From Bacteroidales bacterium (lineage in GTDB: Bacteria; Bacteroidota; Bacteroidia; Bacteroidales; VadinHA17), in contig DATCHE010000087.1 in the NCBI GenBank assembly GCA_036508535.1, positions 1,878 through 65,877 of the forward strand: a stretch of DNA of 64,000 nt, written 5' to 3'. The position numbers and the translations under genes are program-made. Of the stretch, positions 25,873-34,434 are shown in pieces; the stretch's first letter is position 1, and each line of letters starts with the position of its first letter. The notes under the pieces are model-generated. The model had not been told where the DNA came from. It searched no databases and saw only the letters and a list, made by a program, of their open reading frames with translations.

Positions 25873-27618
25873 CTACACAGGTTTCTCTTTTTTTCTGTTT
25901 CCCGGAGAGTATGCTTTTATGATGTTTTGGTCAATCTTATCCGGGACCAGAACTAACCCGGTTTTACCCTTAAGAATAGAATTGTATTCGTCTTTATTAT
26001 TCAGTATTTCCATTGTTTTTTTTACCTGCTCATCAGTTTTGATTGTCCATGCTATTGCGCCTTCTTCATAGAAATAGCGACTTATAATTTCATCCCCGAT
26101 AAGTGCCGTTATTTCATTCCTGAAGACTGTAAGATCCTGATCAAGGCTATGAGCAATGTCTTTCTCAAGGTCAGTAAACAGATCCTTGTGCATATCATAG
26201 TACTTTTCTTTTTTGGCGTTGGAGATAAGTTCTTTAAGTGACTCTTCAGTAACTGTATTGTAACTGAATTTCCGATCAATCAGAAGCGTTTTGAAATCAG
26301 CATAATCCTGATCTGTGAAAATGAATTGTTCGGGAGATTTGATATCAGGATGGGCCCAATAGTATTTGGTTGCATAGTCGAAAATGTAATTTCGAACGTA
26401 TAATTCCGCGGCTATCTGGCTTAGTTGTTCAGGTAAAATTTCTATATCGGGAGTTATTCCTCCTCCGTCTTTTACAATCCTGCCATTTTTCGTTTTAAAT
26501 TCATGGATCAGGGAATCGGGGATGACACCGACACTACCATCTTCATTTGGATGAGAGAAATCGACCGCCTGGATGCACCTGCCACTAGGGATGTAATATT
26601 TTGCTGTTGTTACTTTTAGTTGGGTATTATAGCTTAAGGGGCGTGTTATTTGAACAAGCCCTTTTCCGTAGGAACGCTGTCCGACAATAATTCCCCGGTC
26701 AAGGTCCTGGATTGCACCTGCAACAATTTCAGAGGCTGATGCTGATCCCCGGTTTATAATTACAGCAAGTTGTATATTTTCATCTATTGCCGGTTTTGTC
26801 GTTTTGAAAATCTCATCAAATTGTTTGACCTTTCCTTTTGTTGACACAACTTCACTTCCGGATGCGACAAAAAGATTTACGATATCCACAGCTTCTGTAA
26901 GTAACCCTCCTGGGTTTCCCCTTAGGTCGAGAATAATCTGTTGAGGGTTATTGTTTTTTAGTGTTATTAGTGCCTTTTTTACATCCTCAATGCAACCTTG
27001 TGTGAAACTGGTGAACCTTATATACCCTGTTTTGGAATCAATCATGCCAAAATACGGAACAGGAGGGACAACAATTTTTTCCCTTTTGAGAGAATAGTCT
27101 TTTTCCTTTCCGTCTCTTTCAATTGTAAGAGTAATTTCTGTTCCGGGATTTCCTTTCAGCTTTTCACTGATTTTATCAGAAGAAACCCCTTTAAGAGAAA
27201 CCCCGTCCACTTTTTTCAGAATGTCTCCGGCTTTAATTTGAGCCAGGTCGGCAGGAAATCCCTTATAGACTTCATTTATAACCACATAATCGCCACTGTT
27301 CCTTACCATTGATCCAATACCTCCGTATTTTCCAGTCGTCATAAATGTAAATTCTCCGACATCCGATTCGGGGTAATAAACTGTATAAGGATCAAGTGTT
27401 TTAAGCATATTATCTATTCCTGATTTAATTAATTTATCAGGGTCAATTTCATCAACATAAAATGTATTCAGTTCTCTGAAAAGGGAGAAAAAAATGTCCA
27501 GGTTTTTGGCAATTCTGAAATCTCTGGTTTCCTGATTTATTAGAAACCCGGTACTAATACCTGCAAACAACAAAAGAGATAAAACTAATATTATCCGACC
27601 GATGCGTATCTTTTTCAT
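25873..27618 (-). CDS. S41-family C-terminal processing peptidase
   Basis: N-terminal anchor, PDZ-like region (GDILKKVDGVSLKG) and catalytic region GSASASEIVAGA...GKGLVQ. The ATG at 27618 is preferred over the track TTG at 27624. Confidence 0.85.
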   Translation of the reverse strand: MKKIRIGRIILVLSLLLFAGISTGFLINQETRDFRIAKNLDIFFSLFRELNTFYVDEIDPDKLIKSGIDNMLKTLDPYTVYYPESDVGEFTFMTTGKYGGIGSMVRNSGDYVVINEVYKGFPADLAQIKAGDILKKVDGVSLKGVSSDKISEKLKGNPGTEITLTIERDGKEKDYSLKREKIVVPPVPYFGMIDSKTGYIRFTSFTQGCIEDVKKALITLKNNNPQQIILDLRGNPGGLLTEAVDIVNLFVASGSEVVSTKGKVKQFDEIFKTTKPAIDENIQLAVIINRGSASASEIVAGAIQDLDRGIIVGQRSYGKGLVQITRPLSYNTQLKVTTAKYYIPSGRCIQAVDFSHPNEDGSVGVIPDSLIHEFKTKNGRIVKDGGGITPDIEILPEQLSQIAAELYVRNYIFDYATKYYWAHPDIKSPEQFIFTDQDYADFKTLLIDRKFSYNTVTEESLKELISNAKKEKYYDMHKDLFTDLEKDIAHSLDQDLTVFRNEITALIGDEIISRYFYEEGAIAWTIKTDEQVKKTMEILNNKDEYNSILKGKTGLVLVPDKIDQNIIKAYSPGNRKKEKPV

Positions 27619-27672
27619 AACCAAAACAACTATAGATTAGAATGACGAAAGTAAGCAGAAAATTCCGTCTTT

Positions 27673-28068
27673 TTAATTTTTAATATTTAAAGCTATTAGC
27701 TTATTGATGACTTCTTTTATTCCTTTTTCAATAGTTTGATAATCAGGAACTGAATTCCCTTTAAGTATTGCAACGATGACGATCCTAATGTTCATTTCTG
27801 AAAGGTGGTCATAAAGAGTTTGTTTGTTTTTTCTGTAGGCTTCCCTCAGTCTTCTTTTAATAAGGTTTCTGGTTACAGCGTGCCGGAACCCCCTTTTTGA
27901 AACACTGAAAGTGACTTGAGCCGGTTCTGAAAATGAAGTATTACTCTTTTCCCAGACGATCTTAAAGAGGGAGGTGTAGAAAATATTTCCGCTTTCAAAC
28001 AACTCGGAAATGACTTTTCTGCTGCAAAGTCTTTCAGACTTAGTAAATGTTTCCTTTGTACTATTCAT
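27673..28068 (-). CDS. rnpA: Ribonuclease P protein component
   Basis: FTKSERLCSRKVISELF and basic RNR-like LIKRRLREAYR. Start is ATG at 28068 or 28086. Confidence 0.8.
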   Translation of the reverse strand: MNSTKETFTKSERLCSRKVISELFESGNIFYTSLFKIVWEKSNTSFSEPAQVTFSVSKRGFRHAVTRNLIKRRLREAYRKNKQTLYDHLSEMNIRIVIVAILKGNSVPDYQTIEKGIKEVINKLIALNIKN

Positions 28069-28147
28069 ATCAATACAACTTATCATAATAGACTGATCTA
28101 AAAACCATTATGAAACTATTTGGTAAGTTGGAGTGGTGAAAATAAGG

Positions 28148-28900
28148 TTATTTTAAGATTCTATTATGCTCTTTTAGATAATCATCAAGAGCCATTGTCA
28201 TAGAAGGTGCTTTGGAGTTAGGAGCATTTATGTCAAGCCTTAGTCCTTCCAGTTCAACTGCGCACGCTGTTGTTGGTCCGAATGCTGCAATTTTTATATC
28301 TCCCTGAATAAACTCCGGAAAATTCTCTTTAAGTGATTTTATACCAGAAGGACTGTAAAAGACAAGAATATCATAATCGAAAGCCTTTTCATGCGAAAAA
28401 TCAGTACTTATGGTTTTATAGAGTGTTCCAATTGTATGCCTTATATCATTCTTTTCTAGTAATTCAGGAATTTCTGCATTATGTGGTTCGGAAAGCGGTA
28501 CAAAGAAGTAATCTTCCTTATGCTTGACAATTACATCAATGAGGTCCTGAAATTTAGCTTTTCCATGAAATATTTTACGCTTCCTGTAAACAATATATTT
28601 CTGCAGATAAAATGCAACATTCTCTGTAATACAGAAATACTTCATAGTATCAGGTACTACTGTCCTAAGCTCAGTGCAAATTCTGAAAAAGTGATCAATA
28701 CCGGTTTTACTTGTGAAGATTACTGCGGAAAAGTCAAGGATATTGATTTTTTGTTGTCGGAAGTCTTTTGAGGGAATTCCCTCAACCTGATTAAAGGGTT
28801 TAAATTCAACTTTCAGATTATATTTTCTTGCCAGTTCGAAATATGGAGATTTCGGATTCGATGGTTCTGGCTGCGATACTAAAATCTTCCTTATTTTCAA
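28148..28900 (-). CDS. hemD: Uroporphyrinogen-III synthase
   Basis: 250 aa, HEM4-like. N-terminus KILVSQPEPS is typical of Bacteroidota HemD as I recall it. The only available start is TTG at 28900, since in-frame stops lie just upstream. Confidence 0.75.
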   Translation of the reverse strand: MKIRKILVSQPEPSNPKSPYFELARKYNLKVEFKPFNQVEGIPSKDFRQQKINILDFSAVIFTSKTGIDHFFRICTELRTVVPDTMKYFCITENVAFYLQKYIVYRKRKIFHGKAKFQDLIDVIVKHKEDYFFVPLSEPHNAEIPELLEKNDIRHTIGTLYKTISTDFSHEKAFDYDILVFYSPSGIKSLKENFPEFIQGDIKIAAFGPTTACAVELEGLRLDINAPNSKAPSMTMALDDYLKEHNRILK

Positions 28901-28944
28901 CTCTTTATAGTTTAGGTTTTACTTTCAAAGTAATACTTGCCGAT

Positions 28945-29868
28945 CTAAACAAGGCCTGAAACATATTTCACCAACACTAAAACAGGCAGAATTTCCAAGG
29001 CACAAATGTATAAAATAAAATAGAATATTGAGATATTCCGGTTTATAAATAATATCACTAACCTTGTTACTCTGATCAGATACATTAAAGCCAGAACAAA
29101 CAGACCTGAAATAATACTCAATCCTATTGGTAGAAACACAGTATAGGACATAAGGATAATTATCACAATCAGAATTAATGCACTGAACCTGTAAAACTGA
29201 TAAACTCCATTCAGATATTCTATAAATACTTCTTCTTCTCCGCTTGCTTTTCCTACGATAACACAAACAATATGTCGTAATGTAACAAGGGAGATAATAA
29301 TGACCAGAGATATTAACCAAAAAATTATTCCGCTGATATTATCTGGAATGAAATTATAATAAAATGCAGCACAATAAGCGAAAAGAGCAATTGTTAGAAA
29401 TGAAATCAGGTTTAAAACTGTTGATTGCCAATGAAATAGCTCACCAGTATTTCTTGAAGAAAGATCGTTCGTTCCCCTGAGCAGGAAAAATCTTGTTACT
29501 TCCGGTAACGCACTTTTTGTAGAAGCTCTTATTAATGAAAATAGAAATGCAGCAATAAGAATTATCCCGATTATCCATTCTTCATGCAAAGGTTGTGATG
29601 GCAATTCCTGACCTGACCTTAAATGTTTTAAAAGTAAAGTTCTTTTTTCAGTCTGTGTTTCTCTGGTTTTTTCTATAAAGAGGAAAGGGAATTTGTTAAA
29701 AGATCCCCATTCAATTTTAGTAACCACATTAATTGAATCATAATAGGTAATGTCGGCAATACTATTTCTGACACAAATAGAATCAGGTTTTATCGCTAAT
29801 GAATCTTTTAAAACAATATCATTACTCAGAAGAGTATCCAGCTGTGGGGGAAAACAAGAATTCGCCAT
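28945..29868 (-). CDS. Polytopic membrane protein, DUF4271-like
   Basis: About 6-7 TM segments. It lies immediately upstream of hemD, the usual DUF4271 context in Bacteroidota (from memory). The ATG at 29868 is favoured because a -7 box lies 22 nt upstream. The track GTG at 29889 would abut that box. Confidence 0.55.
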   Translation of the reverse strand: MANSCFPPQLDTLLSNDIVLKDSLAIKPDSICVRNSIADITYYDSINVVTKIEWGSFNKFPFLFIEKTRETQTEKRTLLLKHLRSGQELPSQPLHEEWIIGIILIAAFLFSLIRASTKSALPEVTRFFLLRGTNDLSSRNTGELFHWQSTVLNLISFLTIALFAYCAAFYYNFIPDNISGIIFWLISLVIIISLVTLRHIVCVIVGKASGEEEVFIEYLNGVYQFYRFSALILIVIIILMSYTVFLPIGLSIISGLFVLALMYLIRVTRLVILFINRNISIFYFILYICALEILPVLVLVKYVSGLV

Positions 29869-29890
29869 TATTTTTGTGGTTTCAAGCACA

Positions 29891-29898
29891 CAAAAGTA
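29891..29898 (-). promoter_or_regulatory. Candidate -7 box (TACTTTTG on the minus strand) for the DUF4271-hemD-rnpA string
   Basis: Plus strand reads caaaagta, 22 nt upstream of the ATG at 29868. Confidence 0.35.
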
Positions 29899-29932
29899 AT
29901 GATAAATAAAGGAAGAAAATCATCAAAGCGTA

Positions 29933-29972
29933 TTGATCATTTCCGGCAATTATAAAGATCAGAAATGATCAA
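29933..29972. repeat. Perfect 11-bp inverted repeat spanning the deoC stop codon
   Basis: TTGATCATTTC (29933-29943), an 18-nt spacer, then GAAATGATCAA (29962-29972). The right arm encodes the last deoC codons (..VDHF*). Confidence 0.6.
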
Positions 29973-30831
29973 CCCGACACCCTGAAATTTCCGAAAGAAT
30001 ATTATTTGCAAGCCTGCTTGCGCCGATTCGGAAGAGAGTATTGTTAAGCCACTCTTCTCCAAGGCAATGTTTTACAATCTGATAATAATTAGCTGCCTCA
30101 GCCGGATTAACTATTCCACCAGCTGCTTTAAACCCAACTTTAATTCCCGTTTCAGAATAGAAATCAGATATCGCCCTGCACATTACGAATGCTGATTCGG
30201 GGGTTGCAGAGATTGGTGTTTTGCCTGTGGATGTTTTAATAAAATCAGCCCCGGCATCCATTGCTATCATGGAAGCTTTGAATATACTTTCATAGTTACC
30301 TAACAATCCCGATTCCAGGATGACCTTAAGTTGCTTTTCCCCGATTGCCTTTTTGATCTCTCTTATCTCGTCGGCAACCGTAGCAAAATCATTTCCAAGA
30401 AAAGCTCCAACAGAAATTACTATATCAACTTCATCGGCCCCTGCTTCAATGGCCATCTTACTTTCAGCAACCTTTATACTTCGGAATGTCTGAGAAGCAG
30501 GAAACCCCCCGGCAACAGAAGCTATTTTTACATTTCGGGCTGTGAGCTTCTCTTTAACTACTGAAACATAATTTGGATAAACACAGATTGCTGCTACGTT
30601 CGGAATATTGGTATACCTGCCTGAAAAACTATTTACTTTTCCTGTAAAATGTATTATATCGCTCTTGTTGTCAGTAGTATTTAGACTTGTCAGATCAATC
30701 AGGTTCAAAAGATTCATCATCAGGCGTTTGTCGAGAACGACTGAAGTGTCACTTAGAGCTTTTTTAAGTCCCTTTTTGATCTCTGTCTCGGAGGGACAGG
30801 ATTTGATTAGTTTTTGATATAGTTTTGTCAT
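29959..30831 (-). CDS. deoC: Deoxyribose-phosphate aldolase
   Basis: 290 aa. Class I aldolase with Schiff-base Lys context ADFIKTSTGK. Confidence 0.85.
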   Translation of the reverse strand: MTKLYQKLIKSCPSETEIKKGLKKALSDTSVVLDKRLMMNLLNLIDLTSLNTTDNKSDIIHFTGKVNSFSGRYTNIPNVAAICVYPNYVSVVKEKLTARNVKIASVAGGFPASQTFRSIKVAESKMAIEAGADEVDIVISVGAFLGNDFATVADEIREIKKAIGEKQLKVILESGLLGNYESIFKASMIAMDAGADFIKTSTGKTPISATPESAFVMCRAISDFYSETGIKVGFKAAGGIVNPAEAANYYQIVKHCLGEEWLNNTLFRIGASRLANNILSEISGCRVDHF

Positions 30832-31080
30832 AATGTATTCTGTTATTTAGTAAATAATAACGTGACTATGAAAAAAAGAATTGCGTCAATATAAGACTTT
30901 TTGGTTTCATAACTAATTTATTTGCTTTTTTAAGTTATATGAATAAGCCCGATTTTATCTTATCTTTGATTGCAACCGATGCTCTGGTTACGCGTTGAAT
31001 CACAGCTCTCATGGGACTCATTTTAATAGTGTTCAAATATATACATTCGTACTTAAAAAGTTTTAAGGGATGATTTATAT

Positions 31081-31088
31081 TATATTTG
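31081..31088 (+). promoter_or_regulatory. Candidate -7 box TATATTTG for mntP
   Basis: Matches TAnnTTTG, 19 nt upstream of the ATG at 31108. Confidence 0.35.
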
Positions 31089-31107
31089 CGTCTGTTACTA
31101 TTAACTT

Positions 31108-31671
31108 ATGGATTTCTTTACAATTCTGGCTATAGCACTGAGCTTGTCTTTCGACACTTTTGCAGTTTCCTTGTCGTATGGTGTAGTAAGGAGCGGTATC
31201 CTGTTCCGGCAGGCGACCCGAATTGCAATTGTACTTGCTGTTTTTCAGGGCGGCCTTACGGTTGCAGGATATTTTCTGGGATCAATTATTTCAAATGTTC
31301 TGAAAGCGTCAGATCACTGGATTGCATTAGGCCTTTTGGGCTTTCTCGGAAGCAAAATGATTTTAGATGGGTTTCGAAAATCAAACCATGATGAAGCAAA
31401 GGATTTCAGCAGCTTTATGGTACTTATAACAATTGCTCTGGGAACAAGTATTGACGCTTTTGCTGTAGGAATAAGCTTCGCTATTCTTGACGTTAAGATA
31501 TGGGAATCAGGGATTCTAATAAGCGCTGTGACATTTCTCGCCTCAATGACTGCGATCAGGATTGGGAAATCGGTAAGTACAAGAGTAGGGAATAAAGTTG
31601 AAATCATTGGAGGGCTAATCCTTATTGCAATAGGTCTTAAGATTTTCCTTGAGCATTACCTGGCTTCGTGA
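31108..31671 (+). CDS. mntP: Manganese efflux pump MntP
   Basis: 187 aa with 6 TM segments. Duplicated motifs SLSFDTFAVSLS and GTSIDAFAVGIS. Confidence 0.85.
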   Translation: MDFFTILAIALSLSFDTFAVSLSYGVVRSGILFRQATRIAIVLAVFQGGLTVAGYFLGSIISNVLKASDHWIALGLLGFLGSKMILDGFRKSNHDEAKDFSSFMVLITIALGTSIDAFAVGISFAILDVKIWESGILISAVTFLASMTAIRIGKSVSTRVGNKVEIIGGLILIAIGLKIFLEHYLAS

Positions 31672-31725
31672 CCTGATTTTCACAGCTGATAAGAAGATGA
31701 ATAAAAAGTGGATAAAGCAAACTCA

Positions 31726-32511
31726 TTAAAAGGAGACCATCCGCCTGACTCTTTTATCAAAAACAGCCATCTCGGAGAATCCTACATAGCGTAATAATTC
31801 ATACGCCTCGTCAAAATACTGTCCAACCCTCGATGGCAAATGCGCATCTGAATTGACACAAACCGGAACATTTTCTTCACTGAAAATATGAAGGAACCTA
31901 CGGTCGGGGTAAAAATCGGCAAGTGGTCGGTTCCTGCCATTTGTATTTACCTCGAAAGCAACATTGTGTCGTTTCATTGTTTTAGCGAGTTTTCGATAAA
32001 AAGGCTCCAGATTGGATGAGGTTTTGTAGCCGTATATTCGGATTAGATCGCAGTGACCCATAATATCAAAAAGACCCGATGAAGCCGCAACGCAAACAGA
32101 ATCGAAATATGATTCAAATAACCGGTCAATATTCTTTCCTTCATAAAATTCAGGACCCATATCTACTGTTTTTTCACCAAGATAGTGAACAGAACCTATT
32201 ACGTAGTCAAGTGGGAGACGACTGAGAAAAGCCCTGATTTCTTCTTCTTTTCCAGCAAAAAAATCAACCTCCAAACCAGTTTTTATTTTTATATTCTTTG
32301 TGTTCTTCCTAAGATTTTCGATATAAAAGATATAAGAAGAAATGTTTACGGGATTCATATTCCATTCCTCTAACTCCCGGAATAAAGTAAGATGTTCCGA
32401 AAAACCAATCTCGCTCAATCCTGCTGCAAGAGCAGGGGCGATATATTCTTCAGGCGATGAACGTCCATCGCTGAATGTGGAATGAGTATGGTAATCAGTT
32501 TTATAGATCAT
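31726..32511 (-). CDS. PHP-family histidinol-phosphatase-like hydrolase
   Basis: Metal site KTDYHTHSTFSDG at the N-terminus. The ATG at 32511 (MIYKTDYHTHS) is preferred over 32538. Confidence 0.72.
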   Translation of the reverse strand: MIYKTDYHTHSTFSDGRSSPEEYIAPALAAGLSEIGFSEHLTLFRELEEWNMNPVNISSYIFYIENLRKNTKNIKIKTGLEVDFFAGKEEEIRAFLSRLPLDYVIGSVHYLGEKTVDMGPEFYEGKNIDRLFESYFDSVCVAASSGLFDIMGHCDLIRIYGYKTSSNLEPFYRKLAKTMKRHNVAFEVNTNGRNRPLADFYPDRRFLHIFSEENVPVCVNSDAHLPSRVGQYFDEAYELLRYVGFSEMAVFDKRVRRMVSF

Positions 32512-32611
32512 TTCCTGTAAACAAAGTGCAAATTGCATTGTTTGATTTCAAATCCGCTGTGGATTTGGCAATAAAACTAATTGAAAATTGACAATATGAA
32601 CCGGAAATTGG

Positions 32612-32619
32612 TAAATTTG
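32612..32619 (+). promoter_or_regulatory. Candidate -7 box TAAATTTG for the Crp/Fnr gene
   Basis: Matches TAnnTTTG. It lies 13 nt upstream of GTG 32633 and 28 nt upstream of ATG 32648. Confidence 0.35.
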
Positions 32620-32632
32620 TGAAAAACTTATC

Positions 32633-33328
32633 GTGAATCAAAAAAGAATGCCCTGCAGTTGCGCAAATTGCGATTTCAAGGATGTAGTATTTTCTTATCT
32701 TGATGATCCATCAATTGAAGCTTTATGCGACAATAAAGAAGAACAATCTTTTCGCAAAGGTGAAATTATTAATCATGAAGGTGAAAAAATCACTAATTTT
32801 AAATATCTAAAAAGCGGACTTGTTAAACTTTACAGAAGAACTTCAACAGGCGAGGAGCAGGTTATTACTATTACAAGACCATTCGAATTTGTAAGTAATA
32901 TGAGCATCTTTTCAGAGGAACGCTATCAGTACTCTGTTTCTGCTTTGGAAGACTCAGTAGTTTGCACAGTAAAACTTGAATTTATAAAAGAGTTGTTCCT
33001 TAAAAACGGAGGATTCGCGATGGGTCTTCTTACCAAAATATCAAGAATTAACGATAAGATTATAAGTCAAACCCTCGACATCAGGCAAAAAAACCTTATT
33101 GGCCGGGTGGCTTTTGTCCTCCTCTACTTCACAAAAGAAATCTATAATTCGAGAGTCTTCGATCTCCCTGTTTCAAGAAAAGAAATTGCGGATTATATTG
33201 GCATGAGTACCGCTAATGTAATCAGAACCATGTCTGATTTTAAAAAAGAGGGAATAATCAGAATCTTTGGAAAGACAATTGAAGTTGTCGATCTCAGTAA
33301 ACTGGAAATAATTTCAAAAAGAGGGTAA
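32633..33328 (+). CDS. Crp/Fnr-family transcriptional regulator
   Basis: cNMP-binding-like beta-roll plus C-terminal HTH SRKEIADYIGMSTANVIRTMSDFKKEGII. N-terminal Cys cluster MPCSCANC. Start is GTG 32633 or ATG 32648. Confidence 0.8.
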   Translation: MNQKRMPCSCANCDFKDVVFSYLDDPSIEALCDNKEEQSFRKGEIINHEGEKITNFKYLKSGLVKLYRRTSTGEEQVITITRPFEFVSNMSIFSEERYQYSVSALEDSVVCTVKLEFIKELFLKNGGFAMGLLTKISRINDKIISQTLDIRQKNLIGRVAFVLLYFTKEIYNSRVFDLPVSRKEIADYIGMSTANVIRTMSDFKKEGIIRIFGKTIEVVDLSKLEIISKRG

Positions 33329-33401
33329 TTTTTATACCTCAACCACTATTTATTCTTAATTTAAACGTTGCTTTATCTATTCAGACAATTCTGTAAAGTC
33401 C

Positions 33402-34346
33402 TTAAAATAAGATTACATTTTTGAGCGCTTCTCCAGTACTATTGAAAAGGAAACTGCATCCTGATTTTATGATCTTTTCAGAAGAAACCCTGCTTCCCTT
33501 AAGCACCACATCCGACATTTCCCCCAGAACAGCCTTAAGAATAAATGTCGGCACGGGAATTGGAAAAACAGGCTTATTCATTACTTGTGCAAGGGTTTTG
33601 ATGAATTCTTTATGGGTTACATGCTGAGGCGAAACGGCATTATAAGGACCGTTCATGCTCTGATCTTCAATTGCTTTAAGATAGATATTACAAAGATCAT
33701 TTATATGTATCCATGGCATATACTGCCGCCCGCTTCCTGTCTGAACCAGGAAACCAAATCTTGCTGGCATCATTAACTTTGAAAGAGCGCTGTCGTTTTT
33801 TTCAAGTACAACTGCTGTCCTAATTTTTACCGTTCGAACACCTGAGTTTCCAAATAGATCAGCTCCCTCTTCCCATAATTTGCATGTTGTTCCCAGGAAA
33901 TCAGTTGCCGGGGGATCTGATTCAGTAAATATTTTATTGGAAGTTACAGAACCATAATAACCTACTGCAGATGCTGAGATAAAAGCTCTTAATCTTATTT
34001 TGTTCTCAGTAACTACTTTGTGAAGCAACCTGGCTGATTGCACACGGCTGGTTACTATTTCCTCTTTTCGTTTTTTTGTCCATCGCTTTTCTCCGATATT
34101 TGCACCTGCCAGATGAATTATATAATCAATTCCTTCCAGTATAACCGGATCAAGAATTCCTTTTTTGGGATCCCACTTTGAAACTTTGACCCCTGCAATT
34201 TGAATTGCTTTTCTCGAAAGATGCAGTACTTTGTATCCTTCAGAGAGCAAGGCTGATGTAAGATATTTTCCAATCAGTCCGCTTCCTCCTGTAATCAGGA
34301 CAGAAGAGTCTTTTTGTAAATACTTTCTGAGAGGATTTTCTTCCAC
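33402..34346 (-). CDS. NAD-dependent epimerase-family protein (YfcH/TIGR01777-like)
   Basis: Rossmann motif VLITGGSGLIGKYL near the N-terminus. The track ORF (to 34625) overlaps the divergent pfk ORF by about 400 nt. GTG at 34346 gives about 314 aa, the usual family length. ATG at 34436 is the alternative. Confidence 0.7.
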   Translation of the reverse strand: MEENPLRKYLQKDSSVLITGGSGLIGKYLTSALLSEGYKVLHLSRKAIQIAGVKVSKWDPKKGILDPVILEGIDYIIHLAGANIGEKRWTKKRKEEIVTSRVQSARLLHKVVTENKIRLRAFISASAVGYYGSVTSNKIFTESDPPATDFLGTTCKLWEEGADLFGNSGVRTVKIRTAVVLEKNDSALSKLMMPARFGFLVQTGSGRQYMPWIHINDLCNIYLKAIEDQSMNGPYNAVSPQHVTHKEFIKTLAQVMNKPVFPIPVPTFILKAVLGEMSDVVLKGSRVSSEKIIKSGCSFLFNSTGEALKNVILF

Positions 34347-34434
34347 AGAAACAGAATTTGTAATAATATTAAAAAGTTTTACTTTAGAGGTCTTAAAATT
34401 ACTAATAATGGAATCAAATAAAAAGCAAAAGATC

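Noticed and set aside
28925-29320. 131-aa minus-strand ORF overlapping the DUF4271-like gene, and 31086-31391 overlapping mntP in another frame
   Set aside because: These are alternative-frame products of membrane-protein genes. The annotated frames give coherent TM topology and family motifs, and these do not.
30832-31107. Possible yybP-ykoY manganese riboswitch upstream of mntP
   Set aside because: I could not find the conserved GGGGAGUAG-type core or the four-way-junction-like pairing in the 276-nt spacer. Only a -7 box was seen. A covariance-model scan (RF00080) would be decisive.
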